A DNA stretch of 64,000 bases from Mizuhopecten yessoensis (taxonomy: Eukaryota): NCBI RefSeq assembly GCF_002113885.1, contig NW_018407185.1, positions 141,990 to 205,989 on the forward strand, read 5' to 3'. Shown one piece after another: positions 11,901 through 25,938 of the stretch. How positions within the stretch are numbered: position 1 is the stretch's first letter; every line of letters starts with the position of its first letter. The translations under genes were made by a program, and so were the position numbers. A model generated the notes under the pieces. The model worked only from the letters and a program-made list of their open reading frames with translations, did no database searches and was not told where the DNA came from.

Positions 11901-14900
11901 GTATCTTGTTGTCCCCTCTCGAAGCTAGTTTTGGTAGGTCGCTTTGGCTTCACCGCAACGAATACTAGGCTGTAAAGAGTTCCGCGTCAAACTCCAGATA
12001 TGTTTGCGCCTTTGCTTGTTTTCAAGCCAGACCAAGACTTACTCTTTGTTGTTAATAGAAACACAGTATTGGCCGTGTCTGGACATATCTTCCCAATAAT
12101 TCTCGCCGTCGTTGAACATAAAACCTCTCCTAATCTTGTTAGCTGTGGCCTAAACGACAACCCGTCATGGTATTTCTCGCCTTTTTGTCTTTAATTATTT
12201 GGCCATCCCGCCACCTACAATGCTTTGAGGCCTGTCCGAATCTATAATTGTATTTGTAGAAACACTAAATACTTGCGTTGTCATTCCGTGTATCCTTTCC
12301 TCTATATTTCTCCCATAAACAGTTTTTTTTTTCTATAAACGAACCCTTTAATGTAATTTATAGAAAGACACTGCCTCATCCATTGCGTTTTCCTTACCAC
12401 TGAACAAATCGGTCTAGGACCTATCCTCTCAAACCCTTCTTAGCTTAATCTGGGATATTTTCATCACATTTATCACCATCAAAAAAGAAAAAGATTTTTG
12501 TTTTGAATAATATACTTACTGGTCCATATATATTTGTATTCAAGTTGATTATAAGAAAAACAGAAGAAATAAAAACATATAACTGTACAAAAGTTTCAAG
12601 TTCAATGATGTTTTTATGTCTTTCTAAATATCAATTTTTCGTATACCGTCAAGAAAACAAGCCTTAAACAATTTCTACCAAATGTGCACGTGTTTTTCTC
12701 GCAGGGCGGTAATTCTATTTGTTGTTAGATTGATCGGGAATTATCTCTCGCTCCTCCCGTCATCGCGAGCCCCTCCCCGCCAGTGTTTGTTCTCACGTTG
12801 TCAATAACTTCACCGGAATCCAATTACATACTCCAATAAAATACCATTGATCTGACGATCGAGAGGTGGCGAAAACGTCGCTGCGGAGCTGTTGTCGGTT
12901 TCTAATATTAGAAACATAGCACAATGTAGCCGGAGAAAATAATGCGGACTCTTTTGTTGACTGTGTAGCAATTCTAGTCTCACTTTGAGTTCATTTGAGT
13001 GTTGTGTGTTTGTGAAGTAATGTTGTTTAAAATAATACGATGTGTTGTTTGTGTGGTGCCCTTTCCGGAGTACTCTGTTTAAACTTCCGGTCTAAAAGTT
13101 ATTGTATTTGCCAGTTTGCTAAAACAAATCTGATTAAACATTGCTTTGTCAATAAAACTACCCCAACGGTATTGTTTTAGCGTAAACTGCGCGAACGCCA
13201 TAAAATGTAAGTGAAATGAACATTAAATATAATATAAAAAAAGTATATATCTTTTTTCTACATTTCTTGTGTTACTTTCGTTCCGTATAATTCTTGTATA
13301 TTGCTAGTACTTACAACTGTAAACATAGCAACCAGGTTTTGATTCAGCAGTGTAAATGGGTTACACCCCTTAAAACATAATGGGCTTGGTCCGAACAATT
13401 CTAATTATTGTTAAGTCAACTGTACTTCTTGAGCACCTGAGGGGGGAACAGTTTTTTTAACGTACACAAAACCTTAGTAACATTACTTATCTTCAAAGAG
13501 CTGGTTGTCAACAGTTACTGTTCGTAGGTTGGCGACACTCAATTTGGATTGGCTGTAACTAAATCATCCTTTAGTTTATTTTGGTAATTAAAACTCGTTA
13601 ATTCTTAACGTCCTTAGCCTCTCCCCATGTCCTTAACTGCTCGCTATACAAAAATACAGGTTCTACTCCCTTTAAAAAATACAGGTTCTGAATCGTTCGC
13701 TTTATCGCGATTGTAAACTAAACGAGGAAATATGAACTCTTAAGAATTTCGTTGTAAACAAAACGAGGAAATATGAATCCACTGAAATTTTAATTACAAA
13801 AATCTCCAGCTTAAAATTGGTTGAGTCCTTTTTTTCGGTTGATGTATTAAAATATTTGTAACATATTTGACAGAACCTGAAGGTGTTTTCAGTCCTTTTT
13901 ACAGAATCACCTGCATGACTGCTTCTTAAAGATAGATGCAGAGCTAACACATCACGGAGTCACTTCAAAAGCGGCATGTCGGAAATATCAGTGTAATTAA
14001 ATTTGTTAAACGTACACTGATAGATCATTCTAGACCTAACTATCTCATATATTCTTGTTTGTACTTCATTAAGTGTTAAAATAGTAATGAAGTATTCTGA
14101 AGACGTTGAATTTGATGACAGGTGTAACAAATGCATCTAGCGTGTGTCTCTGGCACGAAAGTCTGGCGCTCTGCTACGGATTGATAAACAAATCTTAAGC
14201 TTGCTGCAGTAGCGATGGTTTGTCCCATAAATCAATCCTGTTTCGATTGATTGCTGTCTTGACGCGAAGCCCAAACAATTAACACATCCAATGTAACACA
14301 CGACGACAACGTGAACGAGATCTTGATTAATATGTTGCTGTGACATTTAGTTTGTATAATTGGTCACAAAATGGCCGCCAAGATTGGATGCCTGTGCTCA
14401 GAGATAAGTTATAGCGTTAACGGAAAATGACTCGGTCTTTTCGGTTAATTTTTTATTTTTATTTATTTGTTCTTGTATGTTGCAAATTACAACCATTCAT
14501 TGTCCTGCAGATTAGTTTTATCACATTTTTCTGGTACGTTGAAATTTTCCAACAACTCATTTTCCTCTATGTCTCTAAAATATATGTGAACCTTTTTAAA
14601 CCGACGCCATGTATTAAAATTTCATTTCTTTTTAAACACATTCAGTTTTCGAAATATGAACAGTGTGATCAATATTTGAATGGTCGGTCTTTACAGGTCT
14701 CCCGATCATACATGGTTATAATTTGACAGGTTTTAACTAAAAGTGAAATGTGTAACGTTGAAGTTTTTATATAATACCTCTTTGAAATTTGTCTGTATAA
14801 GACAGGTTCTTGATTGCACAGCTTCATTGCATATTCAATTTATAGCGGGACTCAATTCAAAACAAATGGTTTACAAATTTGTAGTTTATAAACTTTTAAC

Positions 14901-14974
14901 TTTAGAGTTATTGATCTTGATAAACAGTGTCTATTTTATACGGGATTACATAATCTAGAATATTAAGATTATGA

Positions 14975-15770
14975 AGTGTCTGATTTATACATGTTTAAAG
15001 ATTATACTTGGTTTGGTTTATACAGATTTACATATTATACAGGGTCTGGTTTATACAGGTTTACAGATTATACAGGGTCTGGTTTATACAGGTTAACATA
15101 TTAACCAGGGTCTAGTTTATACATGTTTTTAGATTATATAGGGTCTGCTTTATACAGGTTTACATATTATACTTGGTCAGGTTTATACAGGTAAACATAT
15201 TAACAAGGTCTGGTTTATACAGGTTTACAGATTATATAGGGTCTGGTTTATAAATGTTAACAGAGTACATAGGGTCTGGTGTATACAGGTTTACATATTA
15301 TATATGGTCTGGTTTATACAGGTTTACATATTATACAGGGTCAGGTTTATCCAGGTAAACATATTAACCAGGGTCTGGTTTATACAGGTTTACAGATTAT
15401 ATAGGGTCTGGTTTATACAGGTTAACAGATTATATATGGTCTGGTTTATACATGTTTACAGATTATACAGGGTCTGGTTTATACAGGTTTACAGATAAAA
15501 CGGTCTGGTTTATACATGTTTACTGACTATTCAGGGTCTGATTTATACATGTTTACAGATTATACAGGGTCTGGTTTATACAGGTTTACATTTTTTACAG
15601 GGTCAGATTTATACATGTTTACAGATTATATAGGGTCTGGTTTATACAGGTTTACATTTTTTACAGGGTCAGATTTATACATGTTTATAGATTATACATG
15701 ATCTGGTTTATACAGGTTTAGAGACTTTACAGGGTCAGCTTATACAGGTTACCAAATTGTACAGGGTATA
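14975..15770. repeat. 33-bp minisatellite (agggtctggtttatacaggtttacagattatac)
   Basis: Directly visible; resembles the subterminal repeats of pogo/Tc1-type MITEs. Confidence 0.9.
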
Positions 15771-16699
15771 TATACTATAGGATCTAGTTGATTTTCTGAT
15801 TGATATACGTTTTAGGATTGTACAGAATAACGATTTCTGATGGAAAACAGATATTGTGAGAAAATAGAACATGGTTGGCTTATTTGAAGCGCAGTGAAAT
15901 TTTATGGAAAACATTCAATTTATAATATTTCTGTAATTATTGAAAAAAAGAGAAGTGAAAATTGCATGTTTCAGGAATGGAAATTGGGATTATCTTTATA
16001 CCGAATTGATGAAAATACATGTATTATTTCAGATGGCTCATTGAAACTACATTATGAAAGTTTAATTAATGGCCCGGTAAGTTAATGGGGTTTCGACCAG
16101 GGCCACAATACATTATCCTGTTAATCCAACACATTAAAACCAACCACACTTCGGATTCAATTAGATTCCAATCATAAATGCTTGGATAAATGATGAATTT
16201 TATATTCAGAAATATAAAGAAAGGTTAAAAAAAAATCCAGAATCAAATATTTATTAAAGCAATAACGACAATTACTACTCTGAACGTTTGTCAATGGCGA
16301 GTATTTTGTCTCTGCATGTCAGTTCTAATTTAGCAATAGGCACAAGTAATTCAAAATGAATATCCTGTTCCATTAATTATTCAGATTGGCGTCGCACAAC
16401 CTGTGGATTGTCATTCAAATGTTTTAATGCTTGTAGATGTACTTGTGTTTTGCCATTTATAAATTTTCATTGTCTGAAGATAATGACAGAACTTAGCTGT
16501 CACTGAAATACCTCAACAAGCTTTCATGATTTATTTACGTTCCAGCTGAAACTCGTGATGTGATGGTAAAATTGCTTTAGACAAAAATAGTACATTAATC
16601 AACGGTTCTCAACGTAACCCAAAGTTCCTGACCTGCTAGTCCTTGTCAGAAGCAAAGAGCCCCTTCAAGTAATCCCCCTGTTCTTCTGAACAAGCCACA

Positions 16700-17620
16700 T
16701 GTCCCCAAAACGCTCCCTTTCGGTCCCTGTCACGTGTCAATTCTTACCAATACTCCTTATTCTCCCTATCACAAATCCTTGGTTCATTTCAATGTTCCTT
16801 CCGACCCCTGTCACAAACCCTGGATTCATGCCAGTCCTCCTTCCGATCTCTGTCGCAAACCCTTGTTTCATGCCAATACTCCTTCCGGTCCCTATCACAA
16901 ATCCTTGTTTCATGCCAATCCTACTTCCGGTCCCTGTAACAAACCCTTGGTTCATTCCAATGTTCCTTCCGGTCACAGTAATAAATCCTGAGTTCGTTCC
17001 AATGTTCCTTCCGGTCACAGTAATAAATCCTGAGTTCGTTCTAAATCTCCTTCCGGTTAAACAGTCCAGTCACAAATAAATGGGTTCAATTCCATGGTCA
17101 TTTTGATGTCAGTCACAAGTCAAGGCTATTCCAACGTTCTGTATGGTCCCTGTTACAATTCGTGAGTTTATCATAGGCCTTTCCGACCCCTGTCACAAGA
17201 CATGTGCTCCTCTAACGTCCCCTCTTGTCATTAGTCAAGTTTCCTCCAACGCTCAGTGTGCGCCACCTTGTGGATGAAACAAGAAGACTAATTTGATATT
17301 TTCATAAACATCCAAAGAATCGCTCTGTCACGTAACGGTAAAATGGACTGACTTTGAAGTCAGGTGTCACTCCTCTGTAATCTTCAAAGGACTGGTATCA
17401 GCTGTATATTGGACAGGTTTTTCATCCGATACCAGTCATTCCAGGGGTGCAGAGAGCGAAAATGAGCGTAACCCCTGGAGTATCGAGGATGCAGTGCCTA
17501 GTTCCCCCCTCTATTTTCAGTCACATATCAAGAGTTCCTCCAACTCCTCTACTTGGTCTCTGTCACAAACCATCGGTTCTTCGAAATTTCCGGAATGTAA
17601 CTCGGTTCTATTATCACATA
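16700..17620. repeat. Degenerate 42-bp minisatellite interrupted by a MITE at 17251-17491
   Basis: cttccg cores at a 42-bp period from 16797 to 17049; degenerate units resume after 17491. Confidence 0.8.
17251..17491 (+). mobile_element. Academ-like non-autonomous element, 5'-truncated copy
   Basis: Homologous to 39622-39957; ends cattccaggggtgcagagagcg...ctggagtatcgaggatg. Confidence 0.75.
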
Positions 17621-19005
17621 TCAAACCCGTCACGACGTCTCCCGTCAGACCGGAGGTGTAGTTTGGCAACCAATAATCTAAGCCGTAACGAACAGGTTTT
17701 CATTCATGACAAAACTTACATATCCAAGTCAAAATCAGGCCATGCTTCCGTTCTAAAGCACATTTAAAATTTTTTAACAACAACTTTTATCCTCTTATAG
17801 CAATCACTATTGCTGGCATTGATGGAACCTCGCAATCAAAAATAGAATTCGAGAAAAATCATGTAACATATATTGTTCCGCTGTTTAATTTAACGAGGCA
17901 GGAAATTGCCCAGTCACATTCTAAATACGATGAGGCAATCGTCATATATTGGCCAACTCCGTCAAATAGCATATTTCGGAATGGCCTCTGTATCAAAGCA
18001 GGAACTGAAGTTTATTAACACACATATTGATATGCGTTTACGGAATGGCATCATAGTGCAAACAAAATTCAACACTGTAGTATTGTATCAAATTTTAATC
18101 TGATCTCGAAATTAATTAAGATTCATGACGGTATGAATAATTCAAAATGTGCAATATAGAATATATACAAATTTCATGGATATTTCAAATTTATACGGAA
18201 TTAATATTTCCACTTGATAAAGTTAATGTAACGGCGTTTTTGTTCGTCCTAGGCGTTCCGTAATAGGTTCGATCAATAATCTTAGAACATACAGCCATCT
18301 TTAGATTTTCGCTTTATTGAATTGTATTCTTGCTACAGAAAAAAACGTATTTGTTTAAAAAACCCATAAGCAAGCAATAAGTTTATATCAGCATCTGCAA
18401 TATCTGACTTTACAGTAACAGACTATACAATTACCTTGGAGATGTTGATAGAGTATTTTTCTAGATTCCTTTTTCATGATTAAACAAATTAAAAGAAACT
18501 GATTACTTCAACTAAGTTGAAATGGACAGAGATAATGTCACCAGATCGAGTACAAATGGAATCATCAATATGATCTGACTATTCCGGAAGCGGGAAGTGC
18601 TTTCATGTTCATATTTTTCATTGACAACATTGCGAAGATACGCCGCATTCGATTTTCTCAGTTGCACATAAAGCCCGGATGGCGATTGTTCATGATGACA
18701 ATGACCCCGGCACGTCAAGAAATTGATTATCAAAGACACCACTAACAAATGCTACTGACTTCACCAATATACGGCAGACGACCAATACTTAAACCAAAAA
18801 AAAAAAAATGCGAAAAAATAGATTAAATATTAACCGTAAAATATCGTTCTTTAAGGTGTATTTAGTTTCGTATGATTTAGATGAAAATCACTTTACTCTG
18901 TTTTTGAGATCTGCGTCAGTATCTCATTATAATACTGTCGCTCATCTCAAAAGCCAGTAGAGAAATATAAAACTTTAATACATATGTACTGCATGCTTAT
19001 CATGC

Positions 19006-19186
19006 CACTAGCCATCCACCACTGGGTCGCGGGTTCGATACATGTACCTACGTGGGGCAGTCGCCAGGTACTGGCCGTAGGTCGGTGGGGTTTTTTCCGG
19101 GAACTTCAGCTTTCCTCCACCAACAAGACTTGTCACGTTCTTAAATGACCTTAGCTGTTAACAGGACGTAAAACACAAACAAACCA
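19006..19186 (+). mobile_element. V-type SINE fragment
   Basis: B box ggttcga, V-domain-like ttttccgggaacttcagctttcctccacc, and a tail shared with the 10036 SINE. Confidence 0.8.
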
Positions 19187-19350
19187 AAGGTTACAATAAC
19201 AAACATTATAAAAGTAAATTTTACCGAACATTAGCGTTCTTCCATAACCGTAAATTATCTGGAAGCCTAACATATTCAATGTACGATACACTGTATAATG
19301 CGCCAAAAAAATCTGGGGAAGTTATATACTCACATTACTTAGGGTTTATG

Positions 19351-20636
19351 CAGTAAAACCTGTGTTCTGGACCTTTTATTTAGTAAGCTCGTAAGTATAT
19401 GTGTTTTGTTAATACAGGTCTGTAAGTATATGTGTTTTGTTAATACAGGTCTGTAAGTATAGGTGGTCTGTTAATACAGGTCTGTAAGTATAGGTGTTCT
19501 GTTTATACAGGTCTGTAAGTATAGGTGGTCTGTTAATACAGGTCTATAAGTATAGGTCGTCTGTTTATACAGGTCTGTAATTATAGGTGGTCTGTTAATA
19601 CAAGTCTGTTAGTATAGGTAGTCTGTTAATACAGGTCTGTAAGTATAAGTGGTCTGTTAATACAGGTCTGTAAGTATAGGTGGTCTGTTAATACAGGTAT
19701 GTAGGTATATGTGGTCTGTTAATACAGGTCTGTAAGAATAGGTGGTATGTTAATACAGGTCTGTAATTATAGGTGGTCTGTTAATACAGGTCTGTAAGTA
19801 TATGTGTTTTGTTAATATAGGTCCGTAGTATAGGTGGTCTGTTAATACAGGTCTGTAAGTATAGGTGGTCTGTTAATACAGGTCTGTAAGTATAGGTGGT
19901 CTGTTAATACAGGTATGTAAGCATAGGTGGTCTGTTAATACAGGTCTGTAAATATAGATGGTCTGTTAATACAGGTCTGTAAGTATAGGTGCTCTGTTAA
20001 TACAGGTCTGTAAGTATGGGTGGTCTGTTAATACAGGTCTGTAGGTATAGGTGGTCTGTTAATACAGGTGTGTAAGTATAGGTGGTCTGCTAATGCAGGT
20101 CTGTAAGTATAGGTGGTCTGTTCATCCAGGTCTGTTAGTATAGGTGGTCTGTTAATACAGGCCTGTAAGTATAGGTGGTCTGTTAATCCAGGTCTGTAAG
20201 TATAGGTGGTCTGCTAATACAGGTCTGTAAGTATATGTGTTCTGTTAATATAGGTCCGTAGTATAGGGGGGTCTGTTGATACAGGTCTGTAAGAATAGGT
20301 GTTCTGTTAATACAGGTCTGTAAGTATAGATGGTCTGTTAATACGGGTCTGTAAGTATAGGTGGTCTGTTCATCCAGGTCTGTTAGTATAGGTGGTCTGT
20401 TAATACAGGCCTGTAAGTATAGGTGGTCTGTTAATATAGGTCTTTAAGTATAGGTGGTCTGTTAATACAGTTCTGTAAGTATAGGTGGTCTGTTAATACA
20501 GGTCTGTAAGTATAGGTGGTCTGTTACTACCGGTCCGTATGTATAAATGGTCTTTTACTGAGACTGAGAGCTATAAGTTGTTTTCTTACTACAGGTGGTG
20601 TCTGACAACAGGTGGTCTCTTTAACCAGGTTGGCTC
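19351..20636. repeat. 31-bp minisatellite (taggtggtctgttaatacaggtctgtaagta) inside a pogo/Tc1-like MITE
   Basis: Array at ~19395-20550. The element starts cagtaaaacctg and ends ggtggtctctttaaccaggttgg. Confidence 0.85.
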
Positions 20637-20861
20637 TCTCTGTTTCTCGCCAATTTGGCTATACACACACAGACACATACAATAAAGACTTCGGATATTG
20701 TCATTTTACAGTGGAAGGTATTTCAAACTATCATAACTTCTCCTTTGTTCTTCTTTTGTTTCGTCATTAGATTTTCGCATTTTCTTTTTTCATTTTAAAT
20801 CACATTTAAATAACAGCTCTATTGCTCCAGAGGATACAAGTTTTTCCCTCATTTACCGCTC

Positions 20862-21654
20862 GATAATTATAGATTATCACACTGTATTTGCAGGGTTTGT
20901 CGCGAGAACAATTTTCTCATTGCGAGCACGTGAAATCGAGAGGCCACCGCACCGCAGTATCTACAGTACGTGCGAGCGACGAGAAAATTGTTCGAACGAC
21001 AAACCCTGAAAATACTGTATGATAGACTATTTATCATCTATATACACTACTACCTTTATATATTTCTCCATTTAAAAAACTCAACTAAACACCATGTTTT
21101 CCACATGACTTCTAAGCTCAATGGTCAACGATCGCCTGAGACAAATGTTAACAAAACGAAGTTTTGCGCGGAGGAATACAATGAACCTTAAAATTACGTA
21201 GAACTTGTTTTTTTAAACAATCCTATCTTCATTGGCTTTTTCATATGCACATTTACACCTGAAATGGTGTTGTTATGCTCACAGTATTTTTCCGTAACTT
21301 TGTATTGATATGTTTATGACGGACTATTTTCTAACGCGGATTACTTTTGTGTGGACACTATTTCCGGTTTCGGACGTCATATGGCACGAGTAGTCTCGCT
21401 CAACCAGACGCTTGATCACTTTTCTCTGTTCGACGTAGCTTGCGCAGACAACAAGAGTCTGGTTGAACGAGACTACTGACGCGAGCAAACGTTCTCTTTT
21501 GAGAAAAAAAAGTGCTAGGGAATGGGAAAATTCGTTCTCCAGTTCTTCTCAAGTTGTTCCCAAGTCGTTCTCAACTTTTTCTCATACTGACAACACATGA
21601 TAATGAATTTATCATGCTACCGGTAGGTGGTATAAAGTAGTATATAGATGATAA
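20862..21654. mobile_element. Hairpin-bearing non-autonomous DNA element (Crypton-like, tentative)
   Basis: Imperfect hairpin arms at 20874-20918 and 20981-21025; ttatcatctatatac (~21031) is inverted with gtatatagatgataa (~21640). Confidence 0.6.
21391..21475 (+). mobile_element. 85-bp miniature Academ-like element (TAG...CTA TIRs), nested in the larger element
   Basis: tagtctcgctcaaccagac ... gtctggttgaacgagacta; second copy at 39128. Confidence 0.8.
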
Positions 21655-22485
21655 TTGATTTTATCAAAATCATAGTCTCAATAGTTTTTTTTACATGTAA
21701 GCTCAGCTACATGCTTTAAACAGCAGACATTTTAATATGATTTTGAATTATAAAAAAAACCTAGATTATCTAATTACTTTTGAAAGTTCGTTATGTATTT
21801 AATGAATTCAACATTTCTGCTCATGACATTTTCTCGAGTCCTGACCTCGTGTGTTTGTGTTATCACTTTTTAACTTAATGGAGTATGTTTCATTACCGTT
21901 TCGTGTCTCCAACGAAAAAGAGTTCCTATTTGTTTGGCATTTTCTGGTTTGTACTTGCTTTACTATGTACTTGAGTAAATCTTAACATACGAAATCATTA
22001 TATTGTTTATATTATTTTCTATTTTAACAAAGCACCTCAGCTCAGACACAGTAATTCCATCTCTGAACCTGTTGAGTATAAAGCAGAGGAATTAATTGAT
22101 TATTTTATAGATCTATTTATTTACATATATTTAGTAATTAATTTAGTGATTAATGAACTAATGAATTCCTTTTTAATATTTATTTATTTTATCCACTACG
22201 CTTCCGGTCAGGTCATGATATTCAGTATATCAATTTTTAATGCATAACAGCTCAGTTCCCTAAAATGCACAGCAATCTATACTTGGTTTTGCAGCAATGT
22301 ACAGGAACATTTAATAAAAAGAGCGTTTATGGTTTGGAAGTAATAGCAAGTTGTGGCTAAGTTAACCTTAAAATTATACAAAGTAGATGTTTTTTTATCA
22401 TAATTAAGTCAATAAAGTCAGATATTATTAATTGGGTTGAACGTCATACCAACAGCTTTAAACTTATCTATAGAAGTGCCTCCAT

Positions 22486-24388
22486 ATGTGAAATGTATGT
22501 TTGTGTGTAATGTATATGTGTGAGTAATGTATGTGTATGTAATGTATGTGTGTGTAATGTATGTGTGTGAGTAATGTATGTGTGAGTGTAATGTATATGT
22601 GTGTAATGTATGTGATGTATGTGTATGTAATGTATGTGTGTGTATCATGTATGTGTGTGTAATGTATGTGTGTGTATAATGTATGTGTGTATAATGTATG
22701 TGTGTGTGTAATGTATGTGTGTATAATGTATGTGTATGTATAACGTATGTATGTGTAATGTAAGTGTATGTGTAAGGTATGTATGTGTAATGTATGTGTA
22801 TGTAATGGATATGTGTGTAATGTATGTGTGTAATGTATGTGTGATGTATGTATGTGTAATGTATGTGTTATGTATGTGTATGTGTAATGTATGTGTGTGT
22901 GTGTATAATGTATGTGTGTGTAATGTATGTATGTGTAATGTATGTATGTGTAATCTATGTGTATGTAATGTATGTGTATGTAATGTATGTGTGTGTATAA
23001 TGTATGTGTGTGTAATGTATGTGTGTAATGTATGTGTGATGTATGTATGTGTAATGTTTGTGTTATGTATGTGTATGTGTAATGTATCTGTGTGTAATGT
23101 ATGTGTATGTAATGTATATATGTGTAATGTATGTGTGTAATGTATGTGTGATGTATGTATGTGTAATGTATGTGTTATGTATGTGTATGTGTAATGTATG
23201 TGTGTGTGTGTAATGTATGTGTGTGTGTAATGTATGTATGTGTGATGTATGTGTAAGGTATGTATGTGTAATGTATGTGTTATGTATGTGTAATGTATGT
23301 GTTATGTATGTGTAATGTATGTGTATGTAATGTAGATATGTGTGTGTGTGTAATGTATGAACTTGTAATGTATGTGTGTGTAATTTGTATATACATATGT
23401 GTGTTTGTGTATGTGTAATGTATGTGCGTGTAATGTATGTGTGTGTAATGTGGGTGTAATGTATCTGTGTGTAAAGTATGTGTATGTAATGTATATATAT
23501 ATGGGTGTGTGTGTAATGTATGTATGTGTGATGTATGTGTTATGTATGTGTAATGTATGTGTTATGTATGTGTATGTGTAATGTATGTGTGTGTAATGTA
23601 TCTGTGTGTAATGTATGTGTATGTAATGTATATATGTGTGTGTGTGTAATGTATGTACTTGTAATGTATGTGTGTGTAATGTATGTGTGTGTAATGTGTA
23701 TATACATATGTGTGTTTGTGTATGTGTAATGTATGTGTGTGTAATGTATGTGTGTGAAATGTATGTGTATGTAATGTATCTGTGTGTAATGTATGTGTGT
23801 GTAATGTAAGTGTGTGTTATGTGTGTGTAATGTACCTGTGTGTAATGTATATATATATGTGTGTGTGTGTGTGTAATATATGTGTATGGTATGTATGTGT
23901 ATAATGTATGTGTGTGTATAATGTATGTGTGTATAATGTATGTGTGTGTTATGTCTGTGTGTGTAATGTATGTGTGTATAATGTATCTGTGTGTGTAATG
24001 TATGTGTGTATAATGTGTGTGTGTGTGTGTAATTTATGTGTGTATAATGTATGTGTGTGTGTAATTTATGTGTGTATAATGTGTGTGTGTGTGTAATTTA
24101 TGTGTGTATAATGTATGTGTGTGTGTAATTTATGTGTGTATAATGTGTGTGTGTGTGTAATTTATGTGTGTATAATGTATGTGTGTGTGTAATTTATGTG
24201 TGTATAATGTGTGTGTGTGTGTAGTTTATGTGTGTATAATGTATGTGTGTGTTATGTCTGTGTGTGTAATGTATGTGTGTATAATGTTTGTGTGTGTATA
24301 ATGTATGTGTGTGTTATGTCTGTGTGTGTAATGTATGTGTGTATAATGTATGTGTGTGTGTAATTTATGTGTGTATAATGTGTGTGTG
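22486..24388. repeat. TG-rich complex microsatellite (gtaatgtatgtgt-type)
   Basis: Directly visible, ~1.9 kb. Confidence 0.97.
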
Positions 24389-25462
24389 CTGCATGCAGTA
24401 TGTTAGCGTAAACAGCCCGATACAGCTTTTTTGTAGTATATAAGTTATTCTTTGAGTTGTACAGAGTTAACCATTTTATTTAAATAAATACATAAACAAA
24501 AATAAAGAAATATCTCGGTCATTTCCGGTTAGTGTCACTAGGATGATTTACGGAAAACCGAGGTGTTCCGAAAGCACGCAGCGATTGAACTGAATACAAA
24601 CCTTATACAGGTACTAAGAAATGAATGCTGATGAACAAATCAAATTTGTTTCAGGTTTGGAATGTTTTCTCTCTCTTTTATTCGACGAGGAAATCGTGTT
24701 TCAAAACCACATAATTGAAGTACAATTGTTAAGAACAGAATTCGTCAGGGTACTCTCTTGCGCTAGTTCAGTCGATAACCCTTGTATAATCAAATCCTTA
24801 GCGGATCAAAGACTTTGCGGATTTTTCATTATTATTGGGAAATAAAGAAAATAAAACACGCTAGATTCTGTTATAATTGAAATATGCAATTAATTGAGCA
24901 AATTAAAATGAAATTATACACAGTTCCACATGTCAATCAATCATGCGGCCAGATTTCAATTAAATTAATAACAGAATTATTTTAATTATTTCATTGCAAT
25001 TACATTGCTAATAAAATCAATTCATTGAGTACCTTTCAAACAATTTCTAATTAATATAATTTAACGATCACATTTCTGAAAAATTAAGAAAATTATTTGT
25101 CACATTACTAAGCAGAATTTTGAAGCCTAGGAGAAAACCATAAATTATTCATTTTTTGTTTGTCCTCTATCCGTGATCGCATTAACGAAAAATACCGGAA
25201 AGCCTCGCTTAACTGGATTTCATTTATCCGGTTAATATTACGTTAATCCGGAAAACTCGTTTTATTCATCATTTCAATGCAATGTGAGAACAAGTGACAA
25301 ATATATTCTCAAGTCTTGAAAAATTCACTGCTCAGATACTGTACCAGTTTATTACGACTATCGGGGTTTCACCGATTTCAGAATCTCTACATTTTCCAAA
25401 GCCTGTATGCAATATATTTAAGATACGAAGTCATTTTACATTTATAAAAAAAACATCCTTTT

Positions 25463-25938
25463 TTTATTTTATTTCATCAGGTCTCTGAATTAATTTCAAA
25501 ACAATAAGTTTTCCCTCCAAAACTGGACAGTCTATATTTATATATATATATATCACAGATAAGTATAAAATGTCAATGTTAAATAAATATATTTATCACG
25601 TGACTACCGAGTAGAGTAGTGAATACGACCATGTCACATTTTACGTATTACCTCATACCCATTATGAAGTCATAACCAAGACAATTTAAATGACGTCATT
25701 ACATAAGGACGTCATACTGGACAAAGTAGAGTTATTTAGCGAGTTTGATGACTTGCGGAAAGTCCCTTTTTGAGAATATTTGAATACATTCTCGGTAACA
25801 TGATAAAATGGAACTTGAATTTGCTTCCATTTTATATGAGATTGACGAACTTCTTTCTGAAGTTTTCATTTTCATTTTCGACCATGCTCATTTCATTAAT
25901 TTCATATACAATGGTAACTCATTTTAATACACGTGTAT
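25463..25938 (-). promoter_or_regulatory. Probable TLR 3' UTR with AU-rich element and tandem AATAAA signals
   Basis: Minus strand has ATTTATTTA (25580-25588) and AATAAA twice (25463-25473), followed by a T-rich tract. The true 3' end is not verifiable here. Confidence 0.45.
25757..25766 (-). promoter_or_regulatory. Canonical NF-kB site GGGACTTTCC (CRE TGACGTCA nearby at 25691-25698)
   Basis: Plus-strand ggaaagtccc is the exact reverse complement of the classical kappaB site. Function is not shown. Confidence 0.4.

Noticed and set aside
16699-17079. 14-aa repeat proteins
   Set aside because: A 42-bp minisatellite open in several frames on both strands, decaying at the edges and interrupted by a MITE.
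22418-24096. Cys/Val/Met-rich ORFs (metallothionein-like)
   Set aside because: They are translations of the TG microsatellite.
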